Notes: generated from the letters alone by a model not told the origin. A stretch of 64,000 bases of DNA from Tubiluchus corallicola (GCA_030141605.1 JAQGDQ010000004.1:1674001-1738000); one strand, 5' to 3'; shown: positions 26,298 through 40,800, counted from the first letter of the stretch. Numbers and translations are program-made.

Positions 26298-26697
26298 GAG
26301 TTGTTTCCCGGTGACATTGTCTTACTTGCAACTTCCATTCCTGTACTTCAAGATCTCCTGCATGCTTGCACTAGCTTTGTTAATCTTCATAAAATTGATT
26401 TGAATTTGACAAAAAACAAATGTCAAAATTTCTTGCCGTCACGCCTGAAACACGTTATACCTGGTAAAGTATTCCTGGATAATGCTGCTTGGTCATATGC
26501 ACTAATAATATGCACTAATTTAGCCAACAATTGTGACATTCAAAACCAGACTAGTCTTTTTTATTTACTAACCCTGTATATATATTTAATCTTGTAATTT
26601 GTTATTTCATTGTATTTTATTTCATTTTAGTACTGTATTTGTATTTTTGTATGGTCTTAGTTACCGAAATAAAAATTTGAATTTGAATTTAAATTTG
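26298..26697 (+). mobile_element. 5'-truncated CR1/L2-group LINE remnant (RT C-terminal half plus tail)
   Basis: Translation LFPGDIVLLATSIPVLQDLLHACTSFVNLHKIDLNLTK resembles the (Y/F)ADD-xxLL...LQxLL...FNxxK RT region; ends with aataaa plus (tttgaa)n. Confidence 0.6.
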
Positions 26698-29600
26698 TTC
26701 AAATACTGTCCCTTTGCTGCGTTTCACAATGCTGTCTGCTGTTTTTCCTTATCTTCATTTCAGCTATTTTTATGATCTCTCCTTAACCGCAAGCAAGAAA
26801 CGGAAACGACTTTTTGACAAACAATAGCTAACCATGGTGCAAACATCTACTAAGCTAATTGATTAGATTTGGTAAAATTTGATTAGCGAGTTAACAGGTC
26901 TAATACTAAACTAGCAAGAAAGTTTGACATACTGCTTCGAGTTAAATGATATAGATAGCCCTCCCTGAGCTGAGGCGCCAGTTTGAATTATGGTATTGCT
27001 AACTCATAAAGAAGCCCAGTCAGGCAGTCATTAGAGCAGCTAAGGATATCGCAGCTGCACTAAGACTGGCTTCTAATTCCCCAGCAAATGAATCTGACTC
27101 ATTTCCTGTAATGTACGACCACGCAATGTAACGAAAAGACAGCCAAAATTAATTAAGAATAAGACTTGGCTATTTTTCGCTTTTCTGTTCGGTAAATGAG
27201 TGGCGGAACAAGTGCGGTGAGTTTTTTCCTATCTACGTACCTGACGGCAATTGTATGTGATCAAACTGTTCTAACCGATCCACGGATAGTGATTAACAAT
27301 AGAAACCCCAACCCTCGAGAAACACTTTATTTTAATACACAATTAAAAATATTAAAATTATCACTTCATATACGCGAGTAAAATACATTGCTGAAAATGG
27401 AAAAGAAATTTAAATCTGGTGGTGGACAGCATGAAGACAAGCGTAACAAAATTTCGGCAGTTTACTCAGAACTTGCAATATTGAATTATATTCTCGCCGT
27501 TTAAATCTTCACTCTTAGCCGTGCTTATGTGAAAATCAGGCAATAATCAGCGACAGTTTTAAATTGCTGACACCTGTTACATTAAAGTGGATAAATTGGA
27601 GATCATCTTCATTACTATATATACATATTTGATACGTATAAATCACATAAAAATAACCATATATAAGTACTTAATATTCTCACGATTTTCACTGCCACAG
27701 ACACTTGATTCACAAATGCATGTGTCGGTTCATTATGTCACAAACTGGTTATTGTGCAGCAGTGCAACATTATGTTACAATGAAAAAATTGTTATTCATT
27801 ACCAAATTTATATCATTGTACGACAAAAAGATGTACAATAGGCTGACTAAAGGTTGTTCGCAGACTAAACCCAGACTGCACAAGATCCAACCACGCAAAG
27901 ACCATGACAAACCCTATGTTGTTCCGTTACATAATGACCCAAAAAGTGTTGCATAATCATGTAAAATTTGCTAGTTAATAACTAATTTTGTTATTTAGGG
28001 TTACATAATGCATAATACAGCATTTTCTGTTATTTAAAGCTCTATTGTTGCATAATAACCCTTTGGTTTCATAATGAACTTTTTGTTATCTACTGAACCT
28101 TTACTTGAATATGTAAATTGACCTTAGCTATAAATTTGTTCCTACCGCATCAGAAACAATATGCACCATTCTGAGAAGTTCATGCAGTGAAACACATTCC
28201 ACACCTGAGGGTGATAATGTAGCTACAGGCTTTATTCCCAGACATTCAGAGAGTGCTGATGTCCCTTAAATTTAACATGGCAAACCAATTTATCTGTTGA
28301 CGTTACCTACGAATCCTGTTTATGTAAGGCATGACAATAGTCTAGACATTAATGGCTTCTTACTTCTAGTCTGTTTGGATTGTCAATTTTGCTGGGATGA
28401 AGCCATTTGCTTAATGCATTTAAATGGTCAAAGTTAAGCATGTTATCTTAATAAACAGGGATAATACCCGCCTCAAACTGACGTCTGTTTTCTAACAAAA
28501 TAATGATGGTAATCAATTTCTTCAATTCAAAATTGTTTTATTGATGAAAAGATGCTAGTAAATATGCAGTGTTCCTACGTGTTAAATTAAATTTGTGTGC
28601 ATGCACATTTAAGTGTTTATTTATTAATATACCTGATGTCACTATGGGGCACGAAGATGGCATTCTAAACTAGCTAGATGAACAATTGAACAGTCAGAAT
28701 AATATTGAACAGTTTCCTTTAGGATTGTTTATTTTAAGCTGCAATAAATTTTAAATTGAATTCATCAACAAATAGCATATCGACATTAGCGACTACAACA
28801 ATTACACTGTTGTTGATGTGATAGTGATAACATAACATTAACCTATATCACCAACAGCAATGACAATAAGATGTTAACAAACATTTTGTTTAGACACGCA
28901 GGAACTTTTGCAGCTGCTCTCATTAACTTTGCTTGTTGTGCACAGGTTGTAATTAATTGCAATAATAACGTTCATTAGTCACTCAAAATGATTGGTTAGT
29001 ATGGTTAGCAATCTTTCCTCCCATTTGTGTCTGTTGAGTATCGGTACTCGTTTCATCTCAGTTTTCAGCTTGCAGCCAGTAGCGGATTGTTTATTTTGAA
29101 CAATGGCTGACGAATGTGTGTTCAAGTGATGATATCCAATATGTAACCGAAAATTTTATTGACAAACTTTTTGAAATAACTAACAAAATATTAAATAACT
29201 CTGCAGGTATAGCAATTTTGTAATCTTATAACGGGGGGAGGTGAATTAGATGCAATAACTACATTTGACAGACTAGAAATAACTTAAGAATAATTAGACT
29301 AGACTAAGAATAGACTAAAAATAACTTGATTTAGAAAATGCCGTACAGAAGGTTCGATAAAGTGACAAAACGCAAAATGCTATTGCTAAAATACTTAATA
29401 GCATTAAGAATTGGCGAAGTGTTTCTTAGTGCTTTAATAAAAAGATGTATAATATAACAGACTGTGTAGTAAGATTTATTGGGACAAGCTCAGAAATCTT
29501 TGAAATTTAATCTGGTATAAAACGTGGAGTATCGATTATTTGTATTTGTATTTGGTAAATATGCTGGAAAATAAATTACATTGTATATTGCACGCTGGTA

Positions 29601-31559
29601 ATACTGTAGCATTATCAAGTAAAAGAGATGTGTTTATCGCAAAATAAGGGTAACAGAACGCTTGTGTAAAAAGAGTGAAGTGATGTTTAACTGGTCGTAG
29701 TTCGAATTTGAGAGTGTTAAAACCCCCACATTTGGTATTAATAAAGTTAAATGAAAAGTGGTACATTTAGAGGTGTTGATTAGCTTACGAAGGTGATGTG
29801 GATGGTGAATTTATGAATTTTGTGGAAAACAATGCAAAAGCTCTTTTATGTTTGAAAACGTGCATTTTAGAAAGATGTGAACAGTCTATACTGTTACGTG
29901 GCTGTGAAACATTGGGAAACCACACACAAACAGTACAGCTTTTGTCAAAAGAAATTCGGAATGCTTAAAAATTACGCTGCAAGTAAGAACTAAGAGGAGA
30001 TCAGTTTTAATAATGTAATTGACATTGAAGCTAATATGTATTGTGTATGTAGATTAATAAAAGCAAGGCAGGCAGCATTAATTTTTTGAATAACATAAAG
30101 GGTTTCAATAGTACAAACATTACACCAGGGCAGGCATAATATGTAGCACAGAGGCAGTAGAAAATATAGAATATTTTTGTTTGATTGTACCGCCCTAACA
30201 GATGTACAACAAATGTAACAGTAATTGAATTGGTTTACTTTGTTAAATGGATAAATGGAGTCAAGCAGGAAATTATTTTCGATTTAGTCAAGGCTAGAAA
30301 GAGACTAATATTGAAATAACTATTTGCATGCAGAAAAGTGTGATGTAAAAATTTGATCGACGATAATCTTGTAAATATTATGTATGTATATCACATCGAT
30401 TTGGTCTGTTAATGTAAAATTTATTACTTGTCAATAAAATACAATACAAATATATGCCTCAGACATAGCGGATCCCATACAAGACATTGTAGAGCTTGGT
30501 TGTAGAGCTTGTGGTGACATTTCAGCCTCCGATTTTTATTTGTTTTAATCACATTGGAATTTGCCTTTAGAATAACAACGGTAACAGATGATGTAAAGAT
30601 CAAAGAAATTTAGGATTTCACATATTTAGTGTCTGGGGAATGAAAAAGGATACTTGTATGTTTTATCTTTTAAGTGACCTTTCTAGCCCTATTTTTGAAA
30701 CGTGCAGGAATTATTTTCAAATAAAATTTGGTGGATGACCTCATTGTTTATTATTATTCTGGGAGCATTATTTTTTGTTCTTGTAGTGTTTCATTGATGT
30801 CATAAAGGTATATTTTCAACAATTCTTGACCATGGCTATAAAAAAGATCTTGTATGGCTTCCCATATCCTTTGCTGTGGCGATCTTCTTGCATTATAATT
30901 ATGTTAACAAATATTTTTGGCAGTATGCTAGCTACGAGCTTCGTTGTAGCAAAAGACAGGCTCATTTTTATCAAAAGAACAAAAGCCATTGCTTTCCTTC
31001 TCGATTCGTGCTCGATTCTTCTCGGTTGACCTTGAAACGTGATTTTTTGGTAGTGCATACGACATTCATTGCCTGAGTAAGTCAGCCAAAAAAGCATAGA
31101 TAACACACAGCGTACCAAAGAATGCAAGCCTTCCAAGATTCATTAATTCTAGCTAGAGTTCGCAGCAGGTCAGTTGAACAAAGCCATAGTTACTGTATTT
31201 AACAGGGCCAGCAGACCTGCACGCGTAATACGCGCTTTTCGTCCTTTTTACTTTTCTGCATCTTAATAATAATCTTGTGATGGCGGAAGCGGTGTGTATG
31301 TTATTTTTTATGTCATAGCTCGAAAGGCGTTACAAGTGGGAGAGTGGAGCTGGCTCGAAACGCAGTTTTACCGCCAATATCAGAAGTAGTTAGTGGTTAC
31401 TTCCTTCGTGGTTACAGCTTTGCTAAGAAAAGAAACATTGAATATTGAACATATGTGACAGACTTTGTTACGTGTGACAACACCAAAACGTACAAATATG
31501 CAATATGGTATTGAAAGTTAACAGTGTATGTCCAAATTTGTACCCAAAAGCCAAAATCA

Positions 31560-32780
31560 GTCATAAAAAGCAAAATAGTCGACTACCTATCTATACGCAA
31601 AAGTATACTAGCCAACACATATCTATAGCAACATAAGTAGGATTAGAGTCTCCTGACGTACCAACGTCTCCTGACAACGGACCAAAAACAGAGCTTAAAT
31701 ATTAAAGAGATTTGAAACAAGTTAGTGAGACCAAGACCATGGTCTCGGAGAGTGAATTACTCGCAAAAACCAACAACAAAGTACATTAACGGAGCCTGGC
31801 ACCTAATTAAACAATCAGTTAAGACTAGAAGCCAGTATAAACAATAATTAAAACTTCAGGGAAGCAGCCACCCAGCCCACTTGGGTAGCACACTCGGGAT
31901 AGACTCGGGTCACATCTACGACTTCTACCAATCTTAGGCAAGTGATCAAGGTTAGACCAATGGAGGAATATAACGAGCCTTAGTTCGATCAACTCGATTT
32001 ATATCAAGTGCCTCACTATTAGCTCCCTCATTAGCTGACGCTGTTACTCAGTCTGCCACACCTGCTGACTAGCATCTTCACCCTGCTGAGTGATAGTTGC
32101 TAATTGACAGAAACTTGTTATCCCGGTCGCTTATTAATGCCAGTGGTCAGTAATCGGATCTTGCTTGTTCGAAACCGTATAAATGAGATCCGGCTTTGTT
32201 GGAGAAGCGTCAGATGTCAAAACCTCCTCTCTCTCTTGGGAATTTATAGAGCTGCGAGAACGGACGGTTTTGCTTGGAGCTCCTTCCTTGTGTAAGACTT
32301 CCAACCCACTTAAATTACATTGTTCAGGATCAATAAATATGTTACCAATAGACATTTAGCACAGAGTGTAGGATTTGCAAGTGCTGCAAAACTGAACTAA
32401 ACTTAGTCATATTTAACTTAAGTGTTAGGAAGCACTGCATCTACAATATTTTAGACCACATTTATAGGTATGTGTACCACACAGAAAATAGAACGTCATC
32501 AGAAATGCACTGCTTTTTGTAGGACCTGATTTAATGCTGCAGATTTATATTATTAAATCTGTACCAGTAGAGTTTAGTATAAAATTAGGCCGCAGTTATT
32601 TTAATCTTACAAACCAAAAAACGTAACATTAGATTCAATTAATTCCGTGTAGCCCAATAATTTATAAATAGTGCTTCAGCATACATTACACAGTTTGGTA
32701 CTTTACAAACCGAGATGCAGGACTCATCGGCAATACGTACTAATGTAGGTGGTTGTAGACAAAACCGAGACTCCGCTCAT
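31560..32780 (-). mobile_element. Possible highly decayed non-LTR ORF1 (gag-like) remnant
   Basis: Broken minus-strand frames near 32350-32560 show Cys-knuckle-like traces (e.g. LCAKC); many stops and frameshifts. Confidence 0.25.
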
Positions 32781-33500
32781 TAGTCCAGCATTCTTTAGCA
32801 ATTCCTGCGATCCAGTAAAAATTTGCATTTCACATTTAAGTTGCTTAAAGTCTGTACAGTGACAATGGCAGCGTACCAGTAATATAATAATGTTTACTTT
32901 ACACTGGGTTCTTTCTTTGATACGTTTAATTTATTGATTGCTTTATACGTTAATTAGTAGTCTGAATCACAAATGTGGTTCCTTCTTTCATACACTCATT
33001 ATTAAGAAACAGAAATTTCAAATTGTAATATCATTTTGACCATCCACCTATTTTTTGCTCTGGCTTGAAATTACTTGGCTTCGCTAAATTTCCCACTGCT
33101 TTATAAGGCTTCCCTGCAATCCCTCTTGTACAGCTTCTTTGCCGGAAGTGTGACACAATCGCCCGCTAATGAGCAATTACTGGGTGACAATCAGAGGTTG
33201 TCTTTACATGCTTTGCAGAATATCGGTAAAGCGTCCCTTCACTGGATGACAGCCAGAATTTGTTTGACATTCTGCCATTATCTAAGTGCAGCGACGTCCA
33301 TATGGTGTTAAATGTACCTCATGAAAACTACACTACCGGACAGTAAAGACTTTTTTCCATCGGCATTTTGTTTCTTGTTATCTTTTCTTATTTTGTGATT
33401 TTTTTCTTTGAAGAATGCGTATAACGATTAATACTGTAAAGGTTAAACGACTTGGTTGCATTGCGAATTTTTTTACACGATATGTATTTCCTAATTGCAG

Positions 33501-33509
33501 GTGTGCTGA
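33501..33509 (+). CDS. LMO4: LMO4-like terminal coding exon (Val-Cys-stop), followed by 3' UTR
   Basis: Acceptor tatttcctaattgcag|GTG TGC TGA. A phase-0 join to ...NNK recreates the KVC* C-terminus characteristic of LMO4. Confidence 0.78.
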   Translation: MC

Positions 33510-36500
33510 CAAAGATGAGAAAGTGTCACAACGACGATTTCAGCTTCGCGCATGCGTTTACCATTGACGAGCTCATGGACGAGGTAGACATTACGTCCTC
33601 GGCTTCTTTTGCTCATAGCTGGTATGAGCTGTTATTGCAACGATGAGACTTACTTCTTATGGACACGACGGAACACACTGTCAAATTTTTACAATTAAAA
33701 GTTTGTTACAAGTCTGAACAGGTCACTCACAAAAAGCTGTTACCTGTTATTGCTTAGAGAAAACAAAAACAGTTGGCTCACGAAAACTGGTGCACCAGTG
33801 TAGACTAAGCCGTCACCTTTTTCTGTTAGTTCGCCCCATAATTTTACGATTTTGTGGTCTTATAATTGTAAACATTTATTATAAGTATGTATGTATACAT
33901 GATAATTTTGTACATCTTGATAAAGTGTAGAGGTAAAACTTCATTTAGAGGTAATGCTTCTTGAGAGGTAATACTTCATTTTTGCTTGAGGTTATTACAA
34001 TGTGCACTAAAATCAACTGTAAAATTCCTGTTTTGAACGAATATTGACATGCAAAGTTTATCTTTCGCTATATTGTGAAATTTTCACAGTTAAAATACTA
34101 GGCCTACTAACTTTGAAAGTTCCATCCACTGGAATAAGCAACCAAGCACAATGTACTTCTAGTCTAATTAAAGCTTCAGTACTTATTAGCCTTTGCTTCT
34201 GTAATTAGTCCATACTTAATTTTAGTTTCTAATTAATTTCTTTAACATAATTCTGATTTACAACCAGCGCAGCAACTTTGCGAAATTTAATTATGAAAGT
34301 GACTAAAGACAGAAGATTCCATAACAGTGTATCCTTGGCACAAATTAGTACATAAATCCGTAACATTACTACAAGCTAGGTAACATACGCGATATGTGCG
34401 TGAAAGAAGTTGATGAAACTAGTCTAATTATGTAATTCATAGACTACTTACCTAAAGGCGTTACGAGGAAACGACCTTATCGGGTTTATCAGTTTGAATA
34501 AAATCTGCAATTTTAATTGTTGAAAGAGATTTTTAACAGCATTATTTCATTGTATTTCATATTTGAATAGGTGAGTTTTCGTAATCATCGAAATGCCGAG
34601 GGCTAGTTGAGCTTAATCACGCAAATACAAAAAAATTGATACTTTGCCTTTACAGGACAGCGGTCTTATCAAAATAATTAGGCTAACTAAACTTAATATG
34701 CTAAACTTACTACGAGGTTGTGATTGATAGTGGTCAGTAATTGATGATTTTTATTAATTAACAGTTTATGAGCAAATTTATATTATAACATTGATGTTTG
34801 TAAATAATGATTTTTTTGTGATTAACTGGTTATAAATTTGTGTATTATTATATATATTAATTATCTAAAACGCGTTGTGATATGAGTGTGTATTGTGTTA
34901 CTGTAAAATAGTTAAATAGTTGTTGCACTACATTAATAACAAAGCATGCGGATCTGATTATGAACATGTTTTACTAAAAGGCCATGTGAACAAAAATTAG
35001 ACATACCTTGTAAAAATATCTAACATAAGTGGTTTTTAGGGCTGATTTTGCTTAGTTCAATTTCGCATCCTGGACCGTTTACTTAGTTTTGCTTGTGATA
35101 ATTGCTGCTTTAACTTCATAATAAATTAATTATGTCTAGTGTGACCGGTTATGTAAAATTTTCTTTTGTGTTAACAAACAATATGGTAATGTATATCAGC
35201 AAAACGTTTCCTGTGAGTTGTCTTAAGTATCTGGGTTACGCACACTTAAAAGAATAAATTTGAAAACCTTTTTGCATGAGTGTTTCTCTCTGCAAGCCTA
35301 AAAGCACAACATTACGTGTTGTGCCTTTTGTGGATTGAAGTCATTAAATCAGTTCATTTCCATCAGGTCATTTTTAATTTGTGTACAGTACTACATCGGT
35401 TTAGTAAAAGTAGTAGGCTTACGTTACCCTATGTGAAACGTACGACGCCATCAATCCATCAGTTGATAAATAAAAGCGGCTGATTCATTATTGTATAATA
35501 TGTTTGTGCTCTTTTAATGCTCTGTAGAATACGCAGATTAATACTTTTATAAACAATTTATTTGCTCGGCCAAAATGCCTCAAATGGCCCTAGGCTTGTT
35601 CGGTGAGTAATGCTGAATTGCTTTTAAAACTGCTTTTCTCTATATTCAATTTGGCTTCATTTTAATAATGGCCTCACGATTTACGAAATTTAGTTGACGG
35701 CTGTTTGATAAGCTCAGTGAAGTTGTTGCAAGTGCAGTGCTGAACATGTGTACAGGTTTTCCTTTACGAGGTTGAAATATTTTCTCAAAGACGATTTCTG
35801 TATTGAATTTTGAGCATTACCAATAAAACCCATCAATAAACTCAATTTTTTATTTTAGTAGGTATCTTAAACATTTTTTATTGTAATATTCTGTATTTAA
35901 ATCAGATAGTTTCGATAATTATAATAGTTTAGCAATTTTATTTTTAATTGACTATGGTTGAGAAAACTCGTAAGCCGCTTCGGCAGTATCCCTCGTCCAA
36001 GTCGACTACAACTGTAACCTAGGAACTAAAAGCTGATGTTTTGTGCCAACCTACGGTGGTGATGGCACAGTCAGTTGCAATATCTTTGATTATTAAATAT
36101 TAGTAAACAATTGTAGGACTAGTTGATTTTTAAATTTACCCTAAAGAGACCCTCTTCTTCAACAACTTTCATTATGGCACAAGTGCGGTTTTGTCACTCA
36201 TTGTTTAAAAATCGCAGCTGTCATTCTGCCTGCCATTCTCATTTTCATTTTTGTTTTCAATCCTCTACGTTTCACAGCAAACAGGGCGCATTATCTGACA
36301 CAAAGTGACATCTCCACAAAGTGTAAACACTGCCAAAGTAATTCATAAAATGCACGAGCTATAGCCAGTAAAACTGCAGTAGCCGATTGGCTGAGTGCAG
36401 CTATATTGAATGAGTACATTACAATAATCTCATGACAGTGCAATTTCATTATCTCATATTTGAGAGCCTAATTTCTCATATTGGATGGGATGAAACGGAA

Positions 36501-37216
36501 TAACATGGGCAAATAAACTGTCAGTGTTCATTACCAACTCTTGTTGCCACGTGGCGTTACATCATTTTATCAGAGCTGCAACAGCGCTATACCTAGAAAA
36601 TACTGAGATGATTTGGTTAATGTTAAATAAATTTTTGCTATTTAAAAGTGGTAGATAACTGCATTTGTAAACCGTGCTATTATTGTATAAGTATTATTGT
36701 AAAACAGGGCGGTACCTTATATTAGAGAATTAATAAGATTGCAACGTTTGCAATAATCATTTGACAAAAAAAGAAATTTCATTTTCTACCCTTGAGTTTG
36801 TAATAATAAAAACTCAATGATAATTGAGTTTGTAATGCATATTTTTGGCATAGAGTGAAACCCAGATATCAAAACTTAAAAACACGCGTTTACTATTTAG
36901 CATCATTTAGCCCACATTTAAACTAAAATAAAATAATGCGTGCTTTTTGTAAGAAGTACCGGAGACTTAGTGCATTGCGCAGATAAAGTTTGTAATTTAT
37001 TTTGTTATTGTCATCGTGATTATATTATTACGCTTGATTTATTTTTCACTCTTACTTACGTATAAATGCATTTAGCTGCAAATCTTGACTTAAAGTACAA
37101 ACCTTTTCTGGCTGCGGATATCTGGTCACACATATTCATATTCTAGGTGCATAGAGACGTGCAATTCGACAATGAGACGTTCGACGTGGGCCATTTTCAA
37201 GGGTACCAGTTACCAT

Positions 37217-37218
<2 letters not shown>

Positions 37219-37263
<45 letters not shown>
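37219..37263. repeat. (CT)n microsatellite
   Basis: Perfect CT run of about 22 units. Confidence 0.98.
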
Positions 37264-37266
<3 letters not shown>

Positions 37267-37785
37267 ATTTCATTATATACTGAAACAAATTAATAACGCG
37301 AAATGCGCGTTAATTTTCTAGGAATGTTTTACCAGAAACAAGGTACCTCGTTTTTGCAGACAAATGTGTCATTAGCAGAGTTGATTATTTCATTCAGCTT
37401 CGTCGAGGAGAGAATGGCATCGCAGGTGCTTCGCACAATGTTATTCCATTACCGGTAACTAGTTGCCTTGCCATTCTCCCTCTAATTGGCCAATTACTAA
37501 TTAATCAACGGCTCAGAATAAACTTTATTTGTGTCAATAGCAGCATCGTACTGACGATTGATCAGACTTATATAATTGATGTCGCTAACTAGCTCGCATC
37601 AGCTACATATACGTACATGTTGTCAAGCTGGTTGAGTGATTTTTGCTCCTACAAATTTTTTAATATCACCTGAGCCTTTGTTGCGGCTTTTACATCTCAC
37701 AGAGACTTGTAGGTAGTCACAGAAAGTCGAGGATATATTGTGATTTGATAAATGTACGTTGAAAAAACACCTAATTTTCATTTAA

Positions 37786-37860
37786 GGGCCTATTTGCACG
37801 ATGCGTTTTTGGTGCATGCGTCTGACTGATGCGTTAAAAACGCACCGTGTAAATAGGCCT
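37786..37860. mobile_element. 75-bp Tourist (PIF/Harbinger)-like MITE
   Basis: 25-bp TIRs gggcctatttgcacgatgcgttttt / aaaaacgcaccgtgtaaataggcct (3 mismatches), flanked by TAA on both sides (37783-85, 37861-63). Confidence 0.75.
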
Positions 37861-40800
37861 TAACATACCAACGAAATACTCATCATAAGAAACAAGCTTA
37901 CAAATTTAGACTTTGTCAAAATTTCTAAACAGGCCAAGAAGTTCTGTTTTGTTGTCGTTGCTTAAGAAACTGATTTGAAAACAGTTTCAATATAAAAATG
38001 TTAGTAACCTTCACCAGCAGCCTGGAAAAACGATCATGTAAACAATTATGGATAACGATGGTATAAATATAGGGCTGATAAATTATTATTATTATTATTA
38101 TTATTATAGGCATATAATTTTTATTCATTCATTCTTTCTTCCTTTTTTTCTCTTTTCTTTTTTTATGTCTCATTTCTGCAAAAGTAAAGGACCACTAGTC
38201 GAGCAAAAGTAATGTAGATTATACCGCATGGACCAACTGGAATCCCTACAACAACTAATTTACACCACTAATCAATACTTGTACACAGTTACAAAGAATG
38301 ATCAAAATACTGCAGCAAATGGAACCCCACTTGCGCTTATTACAGGCTGCTAATGGGCATTTCATAATGAACTGTTCCAGACTTGCGCACAACAGTCATA
38401 TAATAGGCACACGTAATGCATCTATCTGTGCAAGTTTCATTTGGTCAGTGAGGATTCACTGGTCGCTGGTCGTCCATCACTCTTGTCTTGCTCAAGTCAT
38501 TTTGTCAATTTCATCGCTGTGCAATATCGCACAACGGGAAGTCGATGTTATTAAAGTCAGCCTGCAATTAATAACCTGAATTACCATATAACATACACGA
38601 CACACGTGCTCTGCCATTATTGACGTAGATCAGTAGATGTACTGGACGTTTGAGGAACATCAAGCTGGACTTTGAAAAACGTAAAAGCAACCGGCCCTTT
38701 GCCCTGTAAGCTGAACAGCAAATATAGGTGTCATTTATTCGTAGGCGTAAAAGACGGAAGGGTTGGGAGGTGGATCGGCAGACCTCCCAGTTCAAACGAA
38801 TTGCACATTTTCAGGGCGACAGTTGAATTATTTCCAGGACAAATAATTCTGTTTTAAAATTTCAAACTAAGATTTCAAAATTTTAAAAAGGCTTACGTGC
38901 TTGACCAGCTTCTTTCTGACTGCTGTTAAGCATAGAACAGCAAATTGTTTTTCTTAGCTTTTAAGTTAATAATAATATATCTGCCATCAAATTGGCTTTA
39001 CTAAAACCGCATAGGTTCTGGGTTCTACATTGTTCATCAATGAACCGAGGATGTAACAAGACCATCATCTTTATTTTTTGAACTTTTGAAACATCTGAAA
39101 AATTACAATGAACGCATTTGCCCGGTGAAAAGCATAGACTTTTAACTTGTGTCTTGTTAGAATCATTTTTAAATCAATTAAAATCACCGTGATTTTTTAA
39201 ATAATACTTGCTCTTCCCTGTATTACATACGCGTATAAAGAAAATATTTTTTTTCCAGACATTTCTATTATTCTTTGTTCTATAATAGAATAGCACTGCA
39301 TCTGAATTAAAACTGTAGATGCAAATGGTACAATATTTGGTTAGAAATAAACTAATAAATCATTAAAACTAGTATCAGTTATTAAATACTTGAGCTGCCA
39401 TGAGCTGTTGTATATAAATTTCAGTTATTTATGTTGAACTACTTATGTATTTGTAAATTAAATTGAATGTGTTTGCGGAGTTATTAGAGGAGTCATTTGG
39501 AATGTATGTTTTATTTTTTTAATAAAAGATTTATAATAATATGATAACTAATTAACAAATTTTGAATTTACTGAGCTTTTTCGGTCATCAATTTCTGACG
39601 ATGCCTTCGGATTTATTTTCACTCTCCCACCCCACCCCATTTTTTCCAGTCTCTTTTTTCTGCGTTTCGCCACATGATAGCGTTATGTGGACTGTTATTG
39701 TACTTATTTGGAATTGAAATTACTCAAATCAGGCCAGGGCAACTTGAAAAATTTTCGGGGCTAATTCCTTCAGCCCTCTTCGAGAAATTTCATCCAGTAC
39801 GCCCATATATTATTTGAAATTAGAAAGTCTATTAAGTTCTGTGTGTCTTTAGATTAAAATTGGTCAAACACCATTCTGTATTTGAATTTCAATTTCAGTT
39901 TTATTTCATAAGCAGCCTAGGTCTAATTCACGTACCACACTTACGAGCAAAATTAAGCATGCTCAAGTGGCGATTCACGAAAGTTAAAACCGTTGTCGCA
40001 ACATCAGCAGAGTGACGACTGGTTTTTGTCTTCTTATCTTCAAGACCGTTTTGTCTTCCACATTAATTTAATTCAGAGTTAGTTCACGACAAACACAAAC
40101 ATACACGCATAAATATAAACTAAAGACAAATGCGTTTGGTGTAAAGCCAGATTATAAGTGCAACAAAAGCAAAATAAAAAAACGAGAATATGCTAAAACT
40201 ACGCCACCGTCTCTCTCCCTCTGAAACTGAAATTAAAATTTCAAAATAAAATAAATAAATAAAATTCAACACCCTCCCAACAATGCTCACGACTTCACGC
40301 TTGACCCGTTTCTAGTTGTTAAACTCTTCCTAACGATGGCGCCACAAGGCAATGATTTTATAGTAAATACTCATGTAAAGAAGTCGGTTTAAGCTATACA
40401 GGGTTACTAAGCCGCTTGACTTTTCTGATTTCTTTTCTATGATATCGTATATAAAAATTTAAAGCAAATTATTTTACAATGATTTCATTTTTATGAGAAA
40501 AGAAATGCAGAGCTATATCCCGCCATGCTTTCAGTCTTTGCATTGCAACCTACCAATATTATTGAACTGCCAAATATATATATTTTGCTGTTTTGTTATA
40601 CAGGAAAACCAAAAAACCAGGTAAAAAATTATTAGTAACACTGAAAGTGATTGAAATGAATTTCTTATTTTCAATAAGTTATATTTATAAACCAAACTTT
40701 TGATACAAAACGTTATAAAGTTTTTAATTTATTCAACATGATTACAATTAGAATGGAAAACATTAGAATGTTTTTGCTTTCGAAATATTTCATATATTAA

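Noticed and set aside
29330-30040. Possible decayed hAT transposase C-terminus
   Set aside because: Too fragmented to translate convincingly by eye.
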